64,000 bases of DNA from Myxococcales bacterium (lineage in GTDB: Bacteria; Desulfobacterota; Binatia; HRBIN30): NCBI GenBank assembly GCA_037445065.1, contig JBBILD010000004.1, positions 1-64,000 of the forward strand. Direction: 5' to 3'. Below are positions 18,094 to 27,567 of the stretch, piece after piece; position 1 is the stretch's first letter; every line of letters starts with the position of its first letter. The position numbers were made by a program, and so were the translations under genes. The notes beneath the pieces are model-generated. The model was not told the DNA's origin and did not search any database. It worked only from the letters and a program-made list of their open reading frames with translations.

Positions 18094-20859
18094 TCAGCGC
18101 GAGCGGATCCGCCTTCGCTGCCCGTATAGCGCTGGCAAAACACGGCGCGCACCGAGGGCGAGAAGTGTGCTCAGCCAGATCCACACAGCGTTCTGCGAGC
18201 GCGGCGCGGAGGGGTCCACATCGCAACCGCAACCGTCACCGTTGCCGGACGGTCCCGGAGTCCGTGTCGGGGTGCGTGTGGCAGAGACCGTCGTGGGCGC
18301 CGCAAGAGTTGGAGTCGGGGTGGGAGAAACCTCGCCGCTCGGCAAGCAGGCGTTTTGTTCCTCGTCGCAGATTCCTTCAGTGCATGGATTGCCAGAGGAA
18401 GCGCAGCGGCGGTTTTGCTCATCGCAGCTCTCCGTCCCTGTACAGAACGCGCTGTCGTCACAGTTGCGCGGTTGCCCGCCGCCGCAAAAACCGCCCACGC
18501 AGGTCTGCGCGACGACACAGAAGGCGCCGGTGGAACAAGCGGTTCCATCCGGGCGCGGATTCGGGCACAGGCCCGTCGCCGGGTTGCACGCTCCCGCGTC
18601 ATGGCAGCCATCCGGGCGCGAGCAATCGCGCGGTGTCCCCACGCAGCGGCCGGCTTGGCACTGGTCTCCCAAAGTGCACAGGTTGCCGTCGGAGCAGGCG
18701 GTGCCGTCGGGCCGTGGGTTCGGGCAAAGCCCGGTAGTTGGGTCGCACACGCCGATATCGTGGCAGCCATCGGTGACCGAGCAGTCGCGCGGACTGCCCA
18801 CGCAGATGCTCGCCGAACAGCGATCATCCAGGGTGCACAGGTTGCCGTCCGAGCAAGCCGTTCCGTCGGGTCGCGGATTCGGGCAGAGTCCGGTGGTGGG
18901 ATCGCAGGTGCCGGGGTCATGGCAGCCGTCCGCTACCGAGCAATCCTTAGGAGTCCCAGTGCAGATGCTTCCCTGACACCGGTCATTAGCCGTGCACAGG
19001 TTGGCGTCGTCGCAGGCGGAGCCGTCCGGGCGCGGGTTCGGGCAAAGCCCGGTAGCCGGGTCGCACACTCCCGGGTCGTGGCAGCCGTCCGCCAGCGAGC
19101 AGTCTTTTTCCGTGCCGACGCACAGGCTCGCCTCACAGCGGTCTGCGGTGGTGCACAAGTTGCCGTCGTTGCAAGGGGTGCCGTCGGGCCGTGGGTTCGG
19201 GCAGAGTCCGGTGGTGGGATCGCAGGTGCCGGGGTCATGGCAGCCGTCCGCCCCTGTACATTCGATTGCCGTTCCTGCGCACACGCCGCCGGCACATTGG
19301 TCGTTGCGGGTACAGAGGTTGCCGTCGTCACAGGGGCTTCCGTCCGGCAGCGGTTCGTAGGTGCAGCTTCCCGTCGCCGGGTCGCAAGCGCCGGCTGCGG
19401 CGCACTGCGGCGGGGCCGGGCATGGGATCGGCTCGAAGGAACAGAGGCCGTCGTCGCCGCAGCGGTTGGTGGTACAGAGGTCGTTGTCGTCGCAGTCGGC
19501 ATCGGTGCGGCAGCGCGGAACCGGCGAGGTGGAGATGTAAATGTCGGCATGTTGGTTGAGGTCGCCGGGGGCGAGGTTACTGGCGGTGGAAGCAAAGGCA
19601 ACCACAAGCGGTTGGCACGAGAGGGCGGGTGCGATATCCAGTACGCTGCCGTCGGCTTGGATGCCTTGGTCGCTGATGTCGAGCAAGAAGCTGCGGCCCG
19701 CCTGCAGGTCGCGCAGGAACATGCTGGGCAGCTGATTGAAGTCCTCGCGGAAGATGTTGTTGGCCTCGCTGCCGAAGGCGACGAAGCGGCCGCTGCAGTC
19801 AATGGCAGGTGCGTAGGAGGTGCCGTTGCCATCTCGGCCGAGGAAGCTCACGCTCACGCGCTGCGTGGTGCCCGCCACGCGGTCGCGCACGAAAACGTCC
19901 ACGGTGCCGTTGCGGTCGTCATCTACGAGGTTCGAGGCCAACGACTTGAAGGCGACAAAGCGGCCGTCAGCGCTGAGTGCGGGTAAGATGCTGTCACCGT
20001 TGCCCAATTCGCCGCGCGAGTTTCGGCTCACCACTTCGATCCGCCCGGTACGGCGGTCGCACACGAAGACATCGAGTTGGCCGTTGGTATCGTTCTCGAC
20101 CAAGTTGGTAGCTGCGGAGACGAACGCCACGATTTGACCGTCGGCACTGATGGCGGCTTGCGACGAGGGGCCATTGGGCTCGATGCTCCCGCACACCCGC
20201 TCGGTGGTCCCCGCCTCCCGGTCGCGCACGAAAATATCGGACACGCCGTTGCGGTCGCCAGGTACAAGGTTCGTTGCTTGTGATTGGAAAACCACCCAGC
20301 GCCCGCTGCCGTCCACGGCCGCATTGGTGCTGGCGCCGTTCCCTTGCTCCCCACTGGAACTCACGCTGATCAATTCGGTGGTGGCCTCGGCGCGCAGGCG
20401 AACGAAGACGTCTGCCTGCCGGTTGCGGTCATTGGGAACGAGGTTGGAAGCGGTGGAGTCGAAGGCGACCACGTTGCCATCGGCGCTAATGCTCACGTTG
20501 TCGCCGCTGGTTTGGCTCGGCCCATTGGCTTGCGCTCCGGTGTCGCTCACACTGACGCGCTCGGTCAGGCCGGTACTACGGTCGCGCACAAAGACGTCGC
20601 GCATCTCGTTCGTATCGCCGCGAACCAAATCGGAGGCAGACGAGAAGAAGGCGACAAAGCGCCCGTCCGCACTCAAGCTGGGGCCGCTGCTCGCGGCATT
20701 GCCAGCCGGCCCGCGCCAACCGGCGCTGCCCAGCTCGATTCCCGAGCTCTGGGCCCCTGCGGTAGCGGCCAGCAAGGGAACCACGAACAAGCCGATCATG
20801 GCTTGCCGGCCAGCGCACACATGAGCGAGTAGACTTCGCGCCGTTGCTCGCAACTGCAT
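18094..20859 (-). CDS. Large secreted protein: TolB-like beta-propeller repeats, Cys-rich tandem repeats and a MYXO-CTERM-like tail
   Basis: Repeated SADGRFVAF.S.A.NLV..D.N...DVFVRD; CDDGNLCT repeats; C-terminal GCGC plus TM plus RR. RBS GGAGG before ATG 20859. Confidence 0.8.
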   Translation of the reverse strand: MQLRATARSLLAHVCAGRQAMIGLFVVPLLAATAGAQSSGIELGSAGWRGPAGNAASSGPSLSADGRFVAFFSSASDLVRGDTNEMRDVFVRDRSTGLTERVSVSDTGAQANGPSQTSGDNVSISADGNVVAFDSTASNLVPNDRNRQADVFVRLRAEATTELISVSSSGEQGNGASTNAAVDGSGRWVVFQSQATNLVPGDRNGVSDIFVRDREAGTTERVCGSIEPNGPSSQAAISADGQIVAFVSAATNLVENDTNGQLDVFVCDRRTGRIEVVSRNSRGELGNGDSILPALSADGRFVAFKSLASNLVDDDRNGTVDVFVRDRVAGTTQRVSVSFLGRDGNGTSYAPAIDCSGRFVAFGSEANNIFREDFNQLPSMFLRDLQAGRSFLLDISDQGIQADGSVLDIAPALSCQPLVVAFASTASNLAPGDLNQHADIYISTSPVPRCRTDADCDDNDLCTTNRCGDDGLCSFEPIPCPAPPQCAAAGACDPATGSCTYEPLPDGSPCDDGNLCTRNDQCAGGVCAGTAIECTGADGCHDPGTCDPTTGLCPNPRPDGTPCNDGNLCTTADRCEASLCVGTEKDCSLADGCHDPGVCDPATGLCPNPRPDGSACDDANLCTANDRCQGSICTGTPKDCSVADGCHDPGTCDPTTGLCPNPRPDGTACSDGNLCTLDDRCSASICVGSPRDCSVTDGCHDIGVCDPTTGLCPNPRPDGTACSDGNLCTLGDQCQAGRCVGTPRDCSRPDGCHDAGACNPATGLCPNPRPDGTACSTGAFCVVAQTCVGGFCGGGQPRNCDDSAFCTGTESCDEQNRRCASSGNPCTEGICDEEQNACLPSGEVSPTPTPTLAAPTTVSATRTPTRTPGPSGNGDGCGCDVDPSAPRSQNAVWIWLSTLLALGARRVLPALYGQRRRIRSR
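18500..19350 (-). repeat. Intragenic tandem repeat, 159 bp (53 aa), about 5 copies
   Basis: CHDPGTCDPTTGLCPNPRPDG...DG units; matching DNA at 18881/19199 and 18721/19039 (318-bp spacing). Confidence 0.85.
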
Positions 20860-21152
20860 CTTACTGCCTCCTCCGAACGTCATCGATCCTCCCCGAAAGC
20901 AACCGCGTGCGGGCTTCTGCCCGTTCGGCGCGCTTCCTTTACCGTAAACCGCGGCGAATCCCAACTGCTTTTGTGCTTCAAAATGCGGGCATTGGGCCCA
21001 AAGCTGCCCGTGGGCGCAGCTCTCCGCTTGCAGGAGGCTCGGGCCGCTTTCGCGGGGCCAGGCTGGGCAGAGGGCAGTGCGCGGGAGGCGCCGTGCGAGC
21101 CCCCGGGGCGACCGGATTGCCAGCGCGGCTAAGTGGCAGTAGGTTTGAAGCT

Positions 21153-22634
21153 ATGGCGCAACCGGCAACGGCAAAGTCAGAGCTACGCAAGAAGGTCCGG
21201 CAGGTCGGTCCCGCCACCTGGGAGATCCCCCGGGATGGCAAGCCGGGGATGCGGGTGCCGGCGCGTATTTACGCCACCCAGGAACTGCTCGAGCAGATGG
21301 ACGACGGAGTGTTCGAGCAGGTGACCAACGTGGCTATGTTGCCCGGCATTGTCGGCTACTCGTTTTGCATGCCGGACGGGCATTGGGGTTACGGTTTCCC
21401 GATTGGTGGCTTGGCAGCCATGGACCCCGACCAAGGTGTGATCTCGCCCGGGGGAATCGGCTTCGACATCAACTGCGGAATGCGCCTCGTGCGCACCAAC
21501 CTTGTGTTCGACGAGATCCGCGACCGGGTGAAGGACCTGATTGACGCGCTTTACCAGCGTGTGCCGGCAGGTGTGGGCGCGCACGGTTTCCTCAGGCTCA
21601 CGGATGACGAGTTCGCGGAGGTCGCAGTGCGCGGCGCGCGCTGGTGTGTGGATCACGGCTATGGCTGGCCCGAGGATCTCGAGTGCACGGAGGAAGGCGG
21701 TGCCATTGCCGGGGCCGACCCGAGCAAGGTGAGCCGGCGAGCGTTGGAACGTGGGCGCACGCAGGTGGGCACACTCGGTTCGGGGAACCACTACTTGGAA
21801 ATCCAGATCGTCAAGCCGGAGCACATCTTCGATCCGGAAGCAGCCGCGGCCATGGGAATCGATAAGCCCTACCAGGTGGTCATCATGTTCCACTGCGGCA
21901 GCCGCGGCTTCGGCCACCAGATCGCCAGCGACTACGTGCAGTTGTTCGCGCCGCTAATGGCCAAGAAGTTCGGGATTCACTTGCCCGACCGCGATTTGGC
22001 CTGCGCGCCGTTTCGTTCGCAGGAGGGGCAGGACTACTTTGCCGCCATGAAGTGCGGCATCAACATGTCGTTCGCCAACCGGCAAGTGATTCTGCACCGC
22101 GTGCGCGAGGTGTTCTCCGATGTCCTCAAGCGCGACGCGCGCTCTTTGGGTTTGGAGGTTGTCTACGACGTGTGCCACAACACCGCCAAGCTCGAACAGC
22201 ACGAAGTGGATGGCAAACGCCGCTGGCTGCTCGTGCATCGTAAGGGCGCGACCAGAGCGTTTTGCGCGGGAATGCCGGATGTGCCGCCCAAGTATCGGGA
22301 CATCGGCCAGCCGGTGATCATTGGCGGTAGCATGGAAACCGGCTCGTACTTGTTGCGGGGGGTTTCCACTGGGAAGGAGTCGTTCTTCACGACCGCCCAC
22401 GGCAGTGGCCGCACCATGAGCCGCCACGCTGCCAAACGGCAGTTCCACGGGAAGGAACTGGAAAAGCAACTGGCAGCACGTGGCATTTACGTGCGCAGCG
22501 TTTCCTACGCTGGGCTCGCTGAAGAGGCCGGAGCCGCGTACAAGAACATTGACGCGGTCGTGGAAGCGACGGCAATTGCCGGGTTGAGTGCGCCCGTGGT
22601 GCGCTTCACCCCGGTGGGCAACGTGAAGGGCTAA
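21153..22634 (+). CDS. rtcB: RNA ligase RtcB (archaeal/eukaryotic-like, archease-dependent type)
   Basis: MPDGHWGYGFPIGG, GFDINCG, GTLGSGNHYLE, HCGSRG, HNTAK, HRKGATRA, HGSGR. Confidence 0.95.
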   Translation: MAQPATAKSELRKKVRQVGPATWEIPRDGKPGMRVPARIYATQELLEQMDDGVFEQVTNVAMLPGIVGYSFCMPDGHWGYGFPIGGLAAMDPDQGVISPGGIGFDINCGMRLVRTNLVFDEIRDRVKDLIDALYQRVPAGVGAHGFLRLTDDEFAEVAVRGARWCVDHGYGWPEDLECTEEGGAIAGADPSKVSRRALERGRTQVGTLGSGNHYLEIQIVKPEHIFDPEAAAAMGIDKPYQVVIMFHCGSRGFGHQIASDYVQLFAPLMAKKFGIHLPDRDLACAPFRSQEGQDYFAAMKCGINMSFANRQVILHRVREVFSDVLKRDARSLGLEVVYDVCHNTAKLEQHEVDGKRRWLLVHRKGATRAFCAGMPDVPPKYRDIGQPVIIGGSMETGSYLLRGVSTGKESFFTTAHGSGRTMSRHAAKRQFHGKELEKQLAARGIYVRSVSYAGLAEEAGAAYKNIDAVVEATAIAGLSAPVVRFTPVGNVKG

Positions 22635-22635
22635 C

Positions 22636-23067
22636 GTGCCGTATCGCTGGCTCGAAGACGCGCCCGTCTCCGATGCCGGGTTCGAAGCGTGGGGATCGAG
22701 CTTGGGAGAGTGCTTTCAAGCAGCAGCCGATGCGCTGCTCGCTTTGATGCTGGGCAACCCCGAGTCGTTGCAAGGCAAGGAGCAGCGTGAGGTCGCCGTA
22801 GAGCACGACTCGCTGGACCTCTTGCTGGTCCGTTTCCTCGAGGAAATTCTCTATTTCAAGGACGCAGAGCAGTTGTTTCTGCGCGCGAAGCAGTGTGAGG
22901 TGGGTGAGCGTTCCGGGGCGTGGCAAGCGGTGGCACAGCTCGAGGGCGAGCGTGTGGACCCGGAGCGGCATTGGCTGGCCGCCGACGTGAAGGCGGTGAC
23001 GCTGCACCGGCTTCGGGTCGAGCAGCGGGACGGCGTGTGGATTGCGACCGTAGTGGTCGACTTGTAG
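22636..23067 (+). CDS. Archease
   Basis: Y..LE...SD.GFEAWG..L.E.F; GE..DPERH; DVKAVTLH; VVDL. Directly after rtcB. Confidence 0.9.
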   Translation: MPYRWLEDAPVSDAGFEAWGSSLGECFQAAADALLALMLGNPESLQGKEQREVAVEHDSLDLLLVRFLEEILYFKDAEQLFLRAKQCEVGERSGAWQAVAQLEGERVDPERHWLAADVKAVTLHRLRVEQRDGVWIATVVVDL

Positions 23068-23077
23068 AAGGCGGCCG

Positions 23078-23905
23078 TTGCATCAGGGAGGAAGGGTGCG
23101 GCGGGCGCTAGTGCAAAATGTGTGGGCGATCGCGTTCTGGGGCCTTTTGCTGTGGGTGGGCTGGCCGTGGATTTGGGAGTTTGTGTGGGGCGTCGAAGTA
23201 ACCCCCGCGGAACGTGGGCGGCGGGTGGCGGAGCAATCGGGATGCTTTACCTGCCACGGCCCTGAGGGAAGCGGCGGCGTGCCCAACCCCGGCAGTGAGG
23301 AGGGCGAGGTGCCGGGGTTCACCGGAGGCACCCCGATGATGTACGCGAAGTCGGAACAGGAGCTGCGCGAGTACATCCTCGACGGTGCGCCAGCGCGCAA
23401 GCGGAACGATCCGCACTATCGGGAGAAAATCCGAGGTTGGCTTTTGGTCATGCCGGCCTATCGAGACGTTTTGTCGCAGCGCGAGGTGGATGACTTGATC
23501 GCCTACATCCGGGCCGCCTCGGCGTTGCTGGTTCCGGAAGATCCACTCGCGGCCAAGGGGCAAGAGATCGCTCTGCGCGCCGGGTGCTTCCATTGCCACG
23601 GCCCGATGGGAGCCCGTGGGCCGTCCAACCCGGGCTCCTTCAAAGGGTATATCCCGGGCTGGTGGGGGAACGATTTCCGCGAGCTGGTGCGGGACGAGGC
23701 CGAGTTGCGCCAATGGATCGAAGAGGGGAACATTGACCGCTTGCGGGACCATTGGATTGCCCGCCGATACGTAGAAGGACAAAAGGTGTACATGCCAGCG
23801 TACAAGAACGTGCTGAGCGAAGAGGAGATCCAGGCCGTTATGGCCTACGTGCGCTGGGTGAACCGCGGCGAGTGGCAACGAACCCCGCTGCCCTTGGGGC
23901 AGTAA
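23078..23905 (+). CDS. Membrane-anchored diheme c-type cytochrome
   Basis: N-terminal TM; CFTCH and CFHCH; two internally duplicated domains each with MPAY. Start may be GTG 23096. Confidence 0.85.
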   Translation: MHQGGRVRRALVQNVWAIAFWGLLLWVGWPWIWEFVWGVEVTPAERGRRVAEQSGCFTCHGPEGSGGVPNPGSEEGEVPGFTGGTPMMYAKSEQELREYILDGAPARKRNDPHYREKIRGWLLVMPAYRDVLSQREVDDLIAYIRAASALLVPEDPLAAKGQEIALRAGCFHCHGPMGARGPSNPGSFKGYIPGWWGNDFRELVRDEAELRQWIEEGNIDRLRDHWIARRYVEGQKVYMPAYKNVLSEEEIQAVMAYVRWVNRGEWQRTPLPLGQ

Positions 23906-24293
23906 CGGTTGCCGGCACAGGGGTGCACTGCATCGTACAGTGCGACCCCATGCCGATAACCGCGTCGCGTCCTGGCAGGAGGGGCATTCCCATCGGCGTG
24001 GCAACGGTGCGGCCCGCGAAGCTCGTGCTGCGCATGCCCATGCTTTTCGGAAACGTACGAGCCAGGTGCAAACCACGATCTCAAGTCTTCTTCCCCAGAT
24101 TCCCAGCGTCGCCCAACCGACGTAAACGATCGCCACCGGTTGCCGCACGTCGGCGGTTCACGTGAGCTCTCGCGCGCCGCTTTTCGAGCGGCCCACCGAT
24201 CGAACTCTGCTTTGCTCCGCCGCCAAGCGTAGTGCTGTCGAAGGAGGGTGCTGCGAATCGGTGGCGCCGCGACGGTCCGAGAATCGGGAGCGG

Positions 24294-25121
24294 TTAGCGC
24301 GCGCAACGGAAGCCGAAACTACTCGTTTGGAAAAAGAGGTTGAACCCCGCTTGGACGGCAAGCGGGCCGGCATCGGTTCCGTCCACAAAGCTTCCTCCGC
24401 GCACAAACGCAGCGGGTTCACCTGTGGTCGCAGCTCCCGCCAGGCACTGAGTATCTGTGGAGGCGCCCCAGCTCCCACAGGCCGTCGAGCGCGGCACCCA
24501 GTCTGCCACCCACTCCCACATGTTGCCGACCATGTCGAAGGCACCCCAGTTCGAAACGCAATTGCTGCGCGAGCCAGTATTGACCGGAGTGAAAGCCGCG
24601 GAGTTGCAATCTGTGATGCCGTTGTCCGATCCAGGGTCGGGCGTGCCGGCCGCCGCGAGTTGCCACTCAGCGTTCGTCGGAAGCCGCTTACGGGCGTTTC
24701 CACACGCTTGTTGTGCTTGAAACCAGGAAATGCATCCGGTGGGTTGTACTCCAGGAATAGACGCTGCGTAGAGCGGCGCCGTCCATTGGCCATTGGCAGG
24801 AAACGTTGTCGGAAAGTTCGCTGGTATACAGCCGGCCGCCGGGCTCACTTGCGTTGCCCCACCAGCGGTCAGGTCAGCCAGCTTGACCGTTCCGTTTTGG
24901 ATTTTTTTGATGAGGCCTGCGTTGCTTTTGCCATTGGGGTTCGTTGCCGGAACTTGCCACACGCTCGCCTCATATTTGTCTATGCACACCGACCCAGCCT
25001 TGACCGCATCCGGCTTGCACTTGGCCGGGTCTCCCGGCCACCCTGCCCACGCGGTACTGGAGAAAAAGAGCGCGGCTCCCACCAGCATTCTGATCTCGTT
25101 TTTGTGTATGCCCTGCTTCAT
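24294..25121 (-). CDS. Secreted FGE-sulfatase/Mtd-like C-type lectin-fold protein
   Basis: Signal peptide; CIDKYEAS; SWFQAQQAC; KRLPTNAEW; DMVGNMWEWV; RGGS...GFRCAR. Confidence 0.85.
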   Translation of the reverse strand: MKQGIHKNEIRMLVGAALFFSSTAWAGWPGDPAKCKPDAVKAGSVCIDKYEASVWQVPATNPNGKSNAGLIKKIQNGTVKLADLTAGGATQVSPAAGCIPANFPTTFPANGQWTAPLYAASIPGVQPTGCISWFQAQQACGNARKRLPTNAEWQLAAAGTPDPGSDNGITDCNSAAFTPVNTGSRSNCVSNWGAFDMVGNMWEWVADWVPRSTACGSWGASTDTQCLAGAATTGEPAAFVRGGSFVDGTDAGPLAVQAGFNLFFQTSSFGFRCAR

Positions 25122-25324
25122 GTGACCCTCTCTCGCACTTGAGTCTTCGATGGATGTGGCTCTACCGTTCGAAACGGCTCCTTCTTGCGACCGGATCTGA
25201 GCGGGAGGGCTGCGTGCCGCTGGGTCCGCACGTGAGGGCATACCGGACGACTCCACAGTTAAGTACCTAGCGGAGACCCAAAATTGTCGCGTCGCCAGTG
25301 GGTTCGCCGAGAAGGGAGCAGTGT

Positions 25325-25511
25325 GCCGCGTAACGTCCTGGCTACCCTTGCGCAGGCGACGTAGAGGGTGGGTGCTTCTTGCCAGCCCAGGTATGGGTCC
25401 CGAGGCCGCGCTTCGGCTCGGCCGGGGGTACGTGTTTCCAACCCGTAACCCTGGGAAAGGCACCGCCGGGCCTGAGTTCGCGGCGTTCATTTGCCTGGCC
25501 TTCGCCAGGCA
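25325..25511 (+). ncRNA. Candidate structured RNA, family unknown
   Basis: Hand-folded nested stems with G-U pairs and an apical cUUCGg loop at 25411-25416, then an 8-bp hairpin at 25492-25511. Confidence 0.35.
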
Positions 25512-25763
25512 TAACTATCCTGCACCTAGCTCCGCAGTCAAACAGTGCCCTGGGAATTTGTGAAATCATCCCGCGCCCTCACCAACAAAGGGCACCCATT
25601 AAAGGACACCCATCACAACCTGCACGACAAGGGCACGAATGTGCTCGGGAGACCCAGCACAACCGGCACCCGCGGTTCCACAGACAGCCGCCGCAAGTGG
25701 GTACCGCGCCGCAACCCGTTCCGTGAATACCCGTGACGGCAGGCAACGCGATAGCCGGGATCG

Positions 25764-26025
25764 GTAGGGGCGGCCCTTGTGGCCGCCCGTGGTGCGAATG
25801 GTGAGCCGCGAGCGGCCAGCAGCAGCCGGTAAACGGCGAATCGCGAATGGCGAATGGCATGCCCGACCCGGTACGTGGTCGGTGCGGGCGGTGAGAATTG
25901 CGCATTCAGTCCGATTTGGAATACGGGCAGGCACGAGGCCTGCCTCCATATCCTCTTCAGAACAGTCCGTGACACGAGGCCACGCATGTCCCCTGCGTGG
26001 TGTAGGGCGGCCCTTATGGCCGCCC
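25764..26025. repeat. REP-like cluster 3
   Basis: GTAGGGGCGGCCCTTGTGGCCGCCC at 25764-25788; inverted GGGCAGGCACGAGGCCTGCC from 25925; GTAGGGCGGCCCTTATGGCCGCCC at 26002-26025. Confidence 0.8.
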
Positions 26026-26120
26026 GTGGTGCCGCTGGCACCGTGTTTCGGTCGTGCACGTGCGCCACCCTCACGGTGCTGGCGGTTCCCAACCGCGCCA
26101 TCGCGGCAGGGCCGCTTCCC

Positions 26121-27110
26121 TCAGACGTGGTTGCGCAACATCAACTCGCGCGGATGGGGCTCGAGGTAGGTCTGGCCGAGCAAGTATTCTACGCCGAGGC
26201 GGCGTGTGTAGTGGTGCAGAAGCGTCAGGGGCACGACCAGGGGAACAAGCCCGTGGCGGTAATCTTCGATCAGGCGCGCGATCTCTTGCCGCACTGCCGA
26301 GTCCAATCCCTCGCGCAAGTATCCCGCAATGTGCTGCAGGACGTTGGCGTGCCGTCTTGGAGTGGCCAGCACTTCGAGGGCTTGCATGAAGCCATCGCAG
26401 TAGCGCTTGCGAAGCTCCGCCCGCGGGTAGTCGCGCGCGTGGGCCACGAGCCGGCCCAGCTCGGCATACAGCGCCGGAGCGTGCGAGAGGAGTTGCAGCT
26501 TGTGGGCGGTGTGGAAGCGCACCAAATCTCCAACCGCCCACCGCTCGTGAAACAAGGCGCGCAGTCTCTGGTATGCGAAGACGCGCTCGACGAAGTTCTC
26601 GCGTAGGCGCGGGTCATGGAGGCGGCCCTCTTCCTCAACCGGGAGGTGCGGGAAGCGCTCGCGTAGCGCGGCGGCGAACAGGCCGGTGCCAGAGCGCGCG
26701 GGCATGCCGCCTTCGGGCCGGTACACCTTGACGCGAAAGACACCACAACTGGGCGAATCCTTTTTCAGCACGAAGCCGGATAAGTCCTCTTGCTCCAGTT
26801 CGGCCGCGCGCTTGTGGGCCCAGCGCCGCATACGCGCAGTGAGGTCGGCACCGGTGCTGGGCACGACCAGGCGGGTCTCGCCGTCTTCATGCTGCAAGCG
26901 CAGTGTCGGCCGTGGCACGCCGAGCCCCACCTCCACCTCTGGGCACACCGGTACCCATTCGACGAAGCGCGCAAAGGTCTCGACCAAAAACGGGTCCCGC
27001 TTGTGCCCGCCGTCGAAGCGCACGGCCTGGCCGAGCAGGCAGGCGGAAATCCCGACCCGTGGCGGCCGTTGTTGCTCGTCCCCAGCCAAGTGTCCGGGCG
27101 GCGCTCGCAT
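26121..27110 (-). CDS. DUF523 + DUF1722 (YbbK/YbgA-family) protein
   Basis: GISACLLG..VRFDGGHK, CPEVE.GLGVPR, SPSCG, EEEGRL.D..LRENF, LMLRNHV. Confidence 0.9.
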   Translation of the reverse strand: MRAPPGHLAGDEQQRPPRVGISACLLGQAVRFDGGHKRDPFLVETFARFVEWVPVCPEVEVGLGVPRPTLRLQHEDGETRLVVPSTGADLTARMRRWAHKRAAELEQEDLSGFVLKKDSPSCGVFRVKVYRPEGGMPARSGTGLFAAALRERFPHLPVEEEGRLHDPRLRENFVERVFAYQRLRALFHERWAVGDLVRFHTAHKLQLLSHAPALYAELGRLVAHARDYPRAELRKRYCDGFMQALEVLATPRRHANVLQHIAGYLREGLDSAVRQEIARLIEDYRHGLVPLVVPLTLLHHYTRRLGVEYLLGQTYLEPHPRELMLRNHV

Positions 27111-27141
27111 GCCCTGCAATGTAGCCCGGCCGGTGCCCAGC

Positions 27142-27567
27142 TCAAAAACCCACTTCGGTGAAGCCCAGCACCTCCACAGTTGTGACAAAGCGACCGTCGG
27201 TGCGTCGGGGTAACGGCGGATCAATGGCCAGTTCGAGTCGGTAGTTGCCGCCCGCAGGTACCTGTTCGGGAAGCGTGTAAACGTGCGAGCGGCCGGGGTT
27301 GTCCGTTCCCGGGCTGCGCTCGTTGCGCCATAGCCATTGGTGGCGAATCAGTAGGCGAACATTCTCCAGGGCACGCGGAGAGTGGTTGACGAGGGTAGCG
27401 CGGATCATGTTGCCCTCTACACGTACGTCGCGCACCTCGAGGATCGAGGCGACGTTCGCCGGCGGGACAACCCTGCCCGTCACTGGCTGCGCCCGCGACG
27501 CAAGGGCCGGTAGAATGCCTCCCAGTAACGCGACCCCGGCAAGCAACCACCGCAACTTCCGGATCAT
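27142..27567 (-). CDS. Secreted hypothetical protein (small beta-sandwich)
   Basis: GGAGG RBS, signal peptide, alternating beta-strand pattern. Confidence 0.65.
   Translation of the reverse strand: MIRKLRWLLAGVALLGGILPALASRAQPVTGRVVPPANVASILEVRDVRVEGNMIRATLVNHSPRALENVRLLIRHQWLWRNERSPGTDNPGRSHVYTLPEQVPAGGNYRLELAIDPPLPRRTDGRFVTTVEVLGFTEVGF

Noticed and set aside
20965..21152. Sigma-54 promoter for rtcB
   Set aside because: The closest match, TGGCAGTAGGTTTGA, lacks the -12 GC, and no rtcR is nearby.
25270..25312. c-di-GMP-I riboswitch-like words on the minus strand (GGCGAACCC...GACGCGA...GGGTCT)
   Set aside because: The GNRA-capped stem and the second stem are missing; too degenerate to call.
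23906..26120. Complete diversity-generating retroelement
   Set aside because: No reverse transcriptase, Avd or AAC-rich template repeat is visible in the window.
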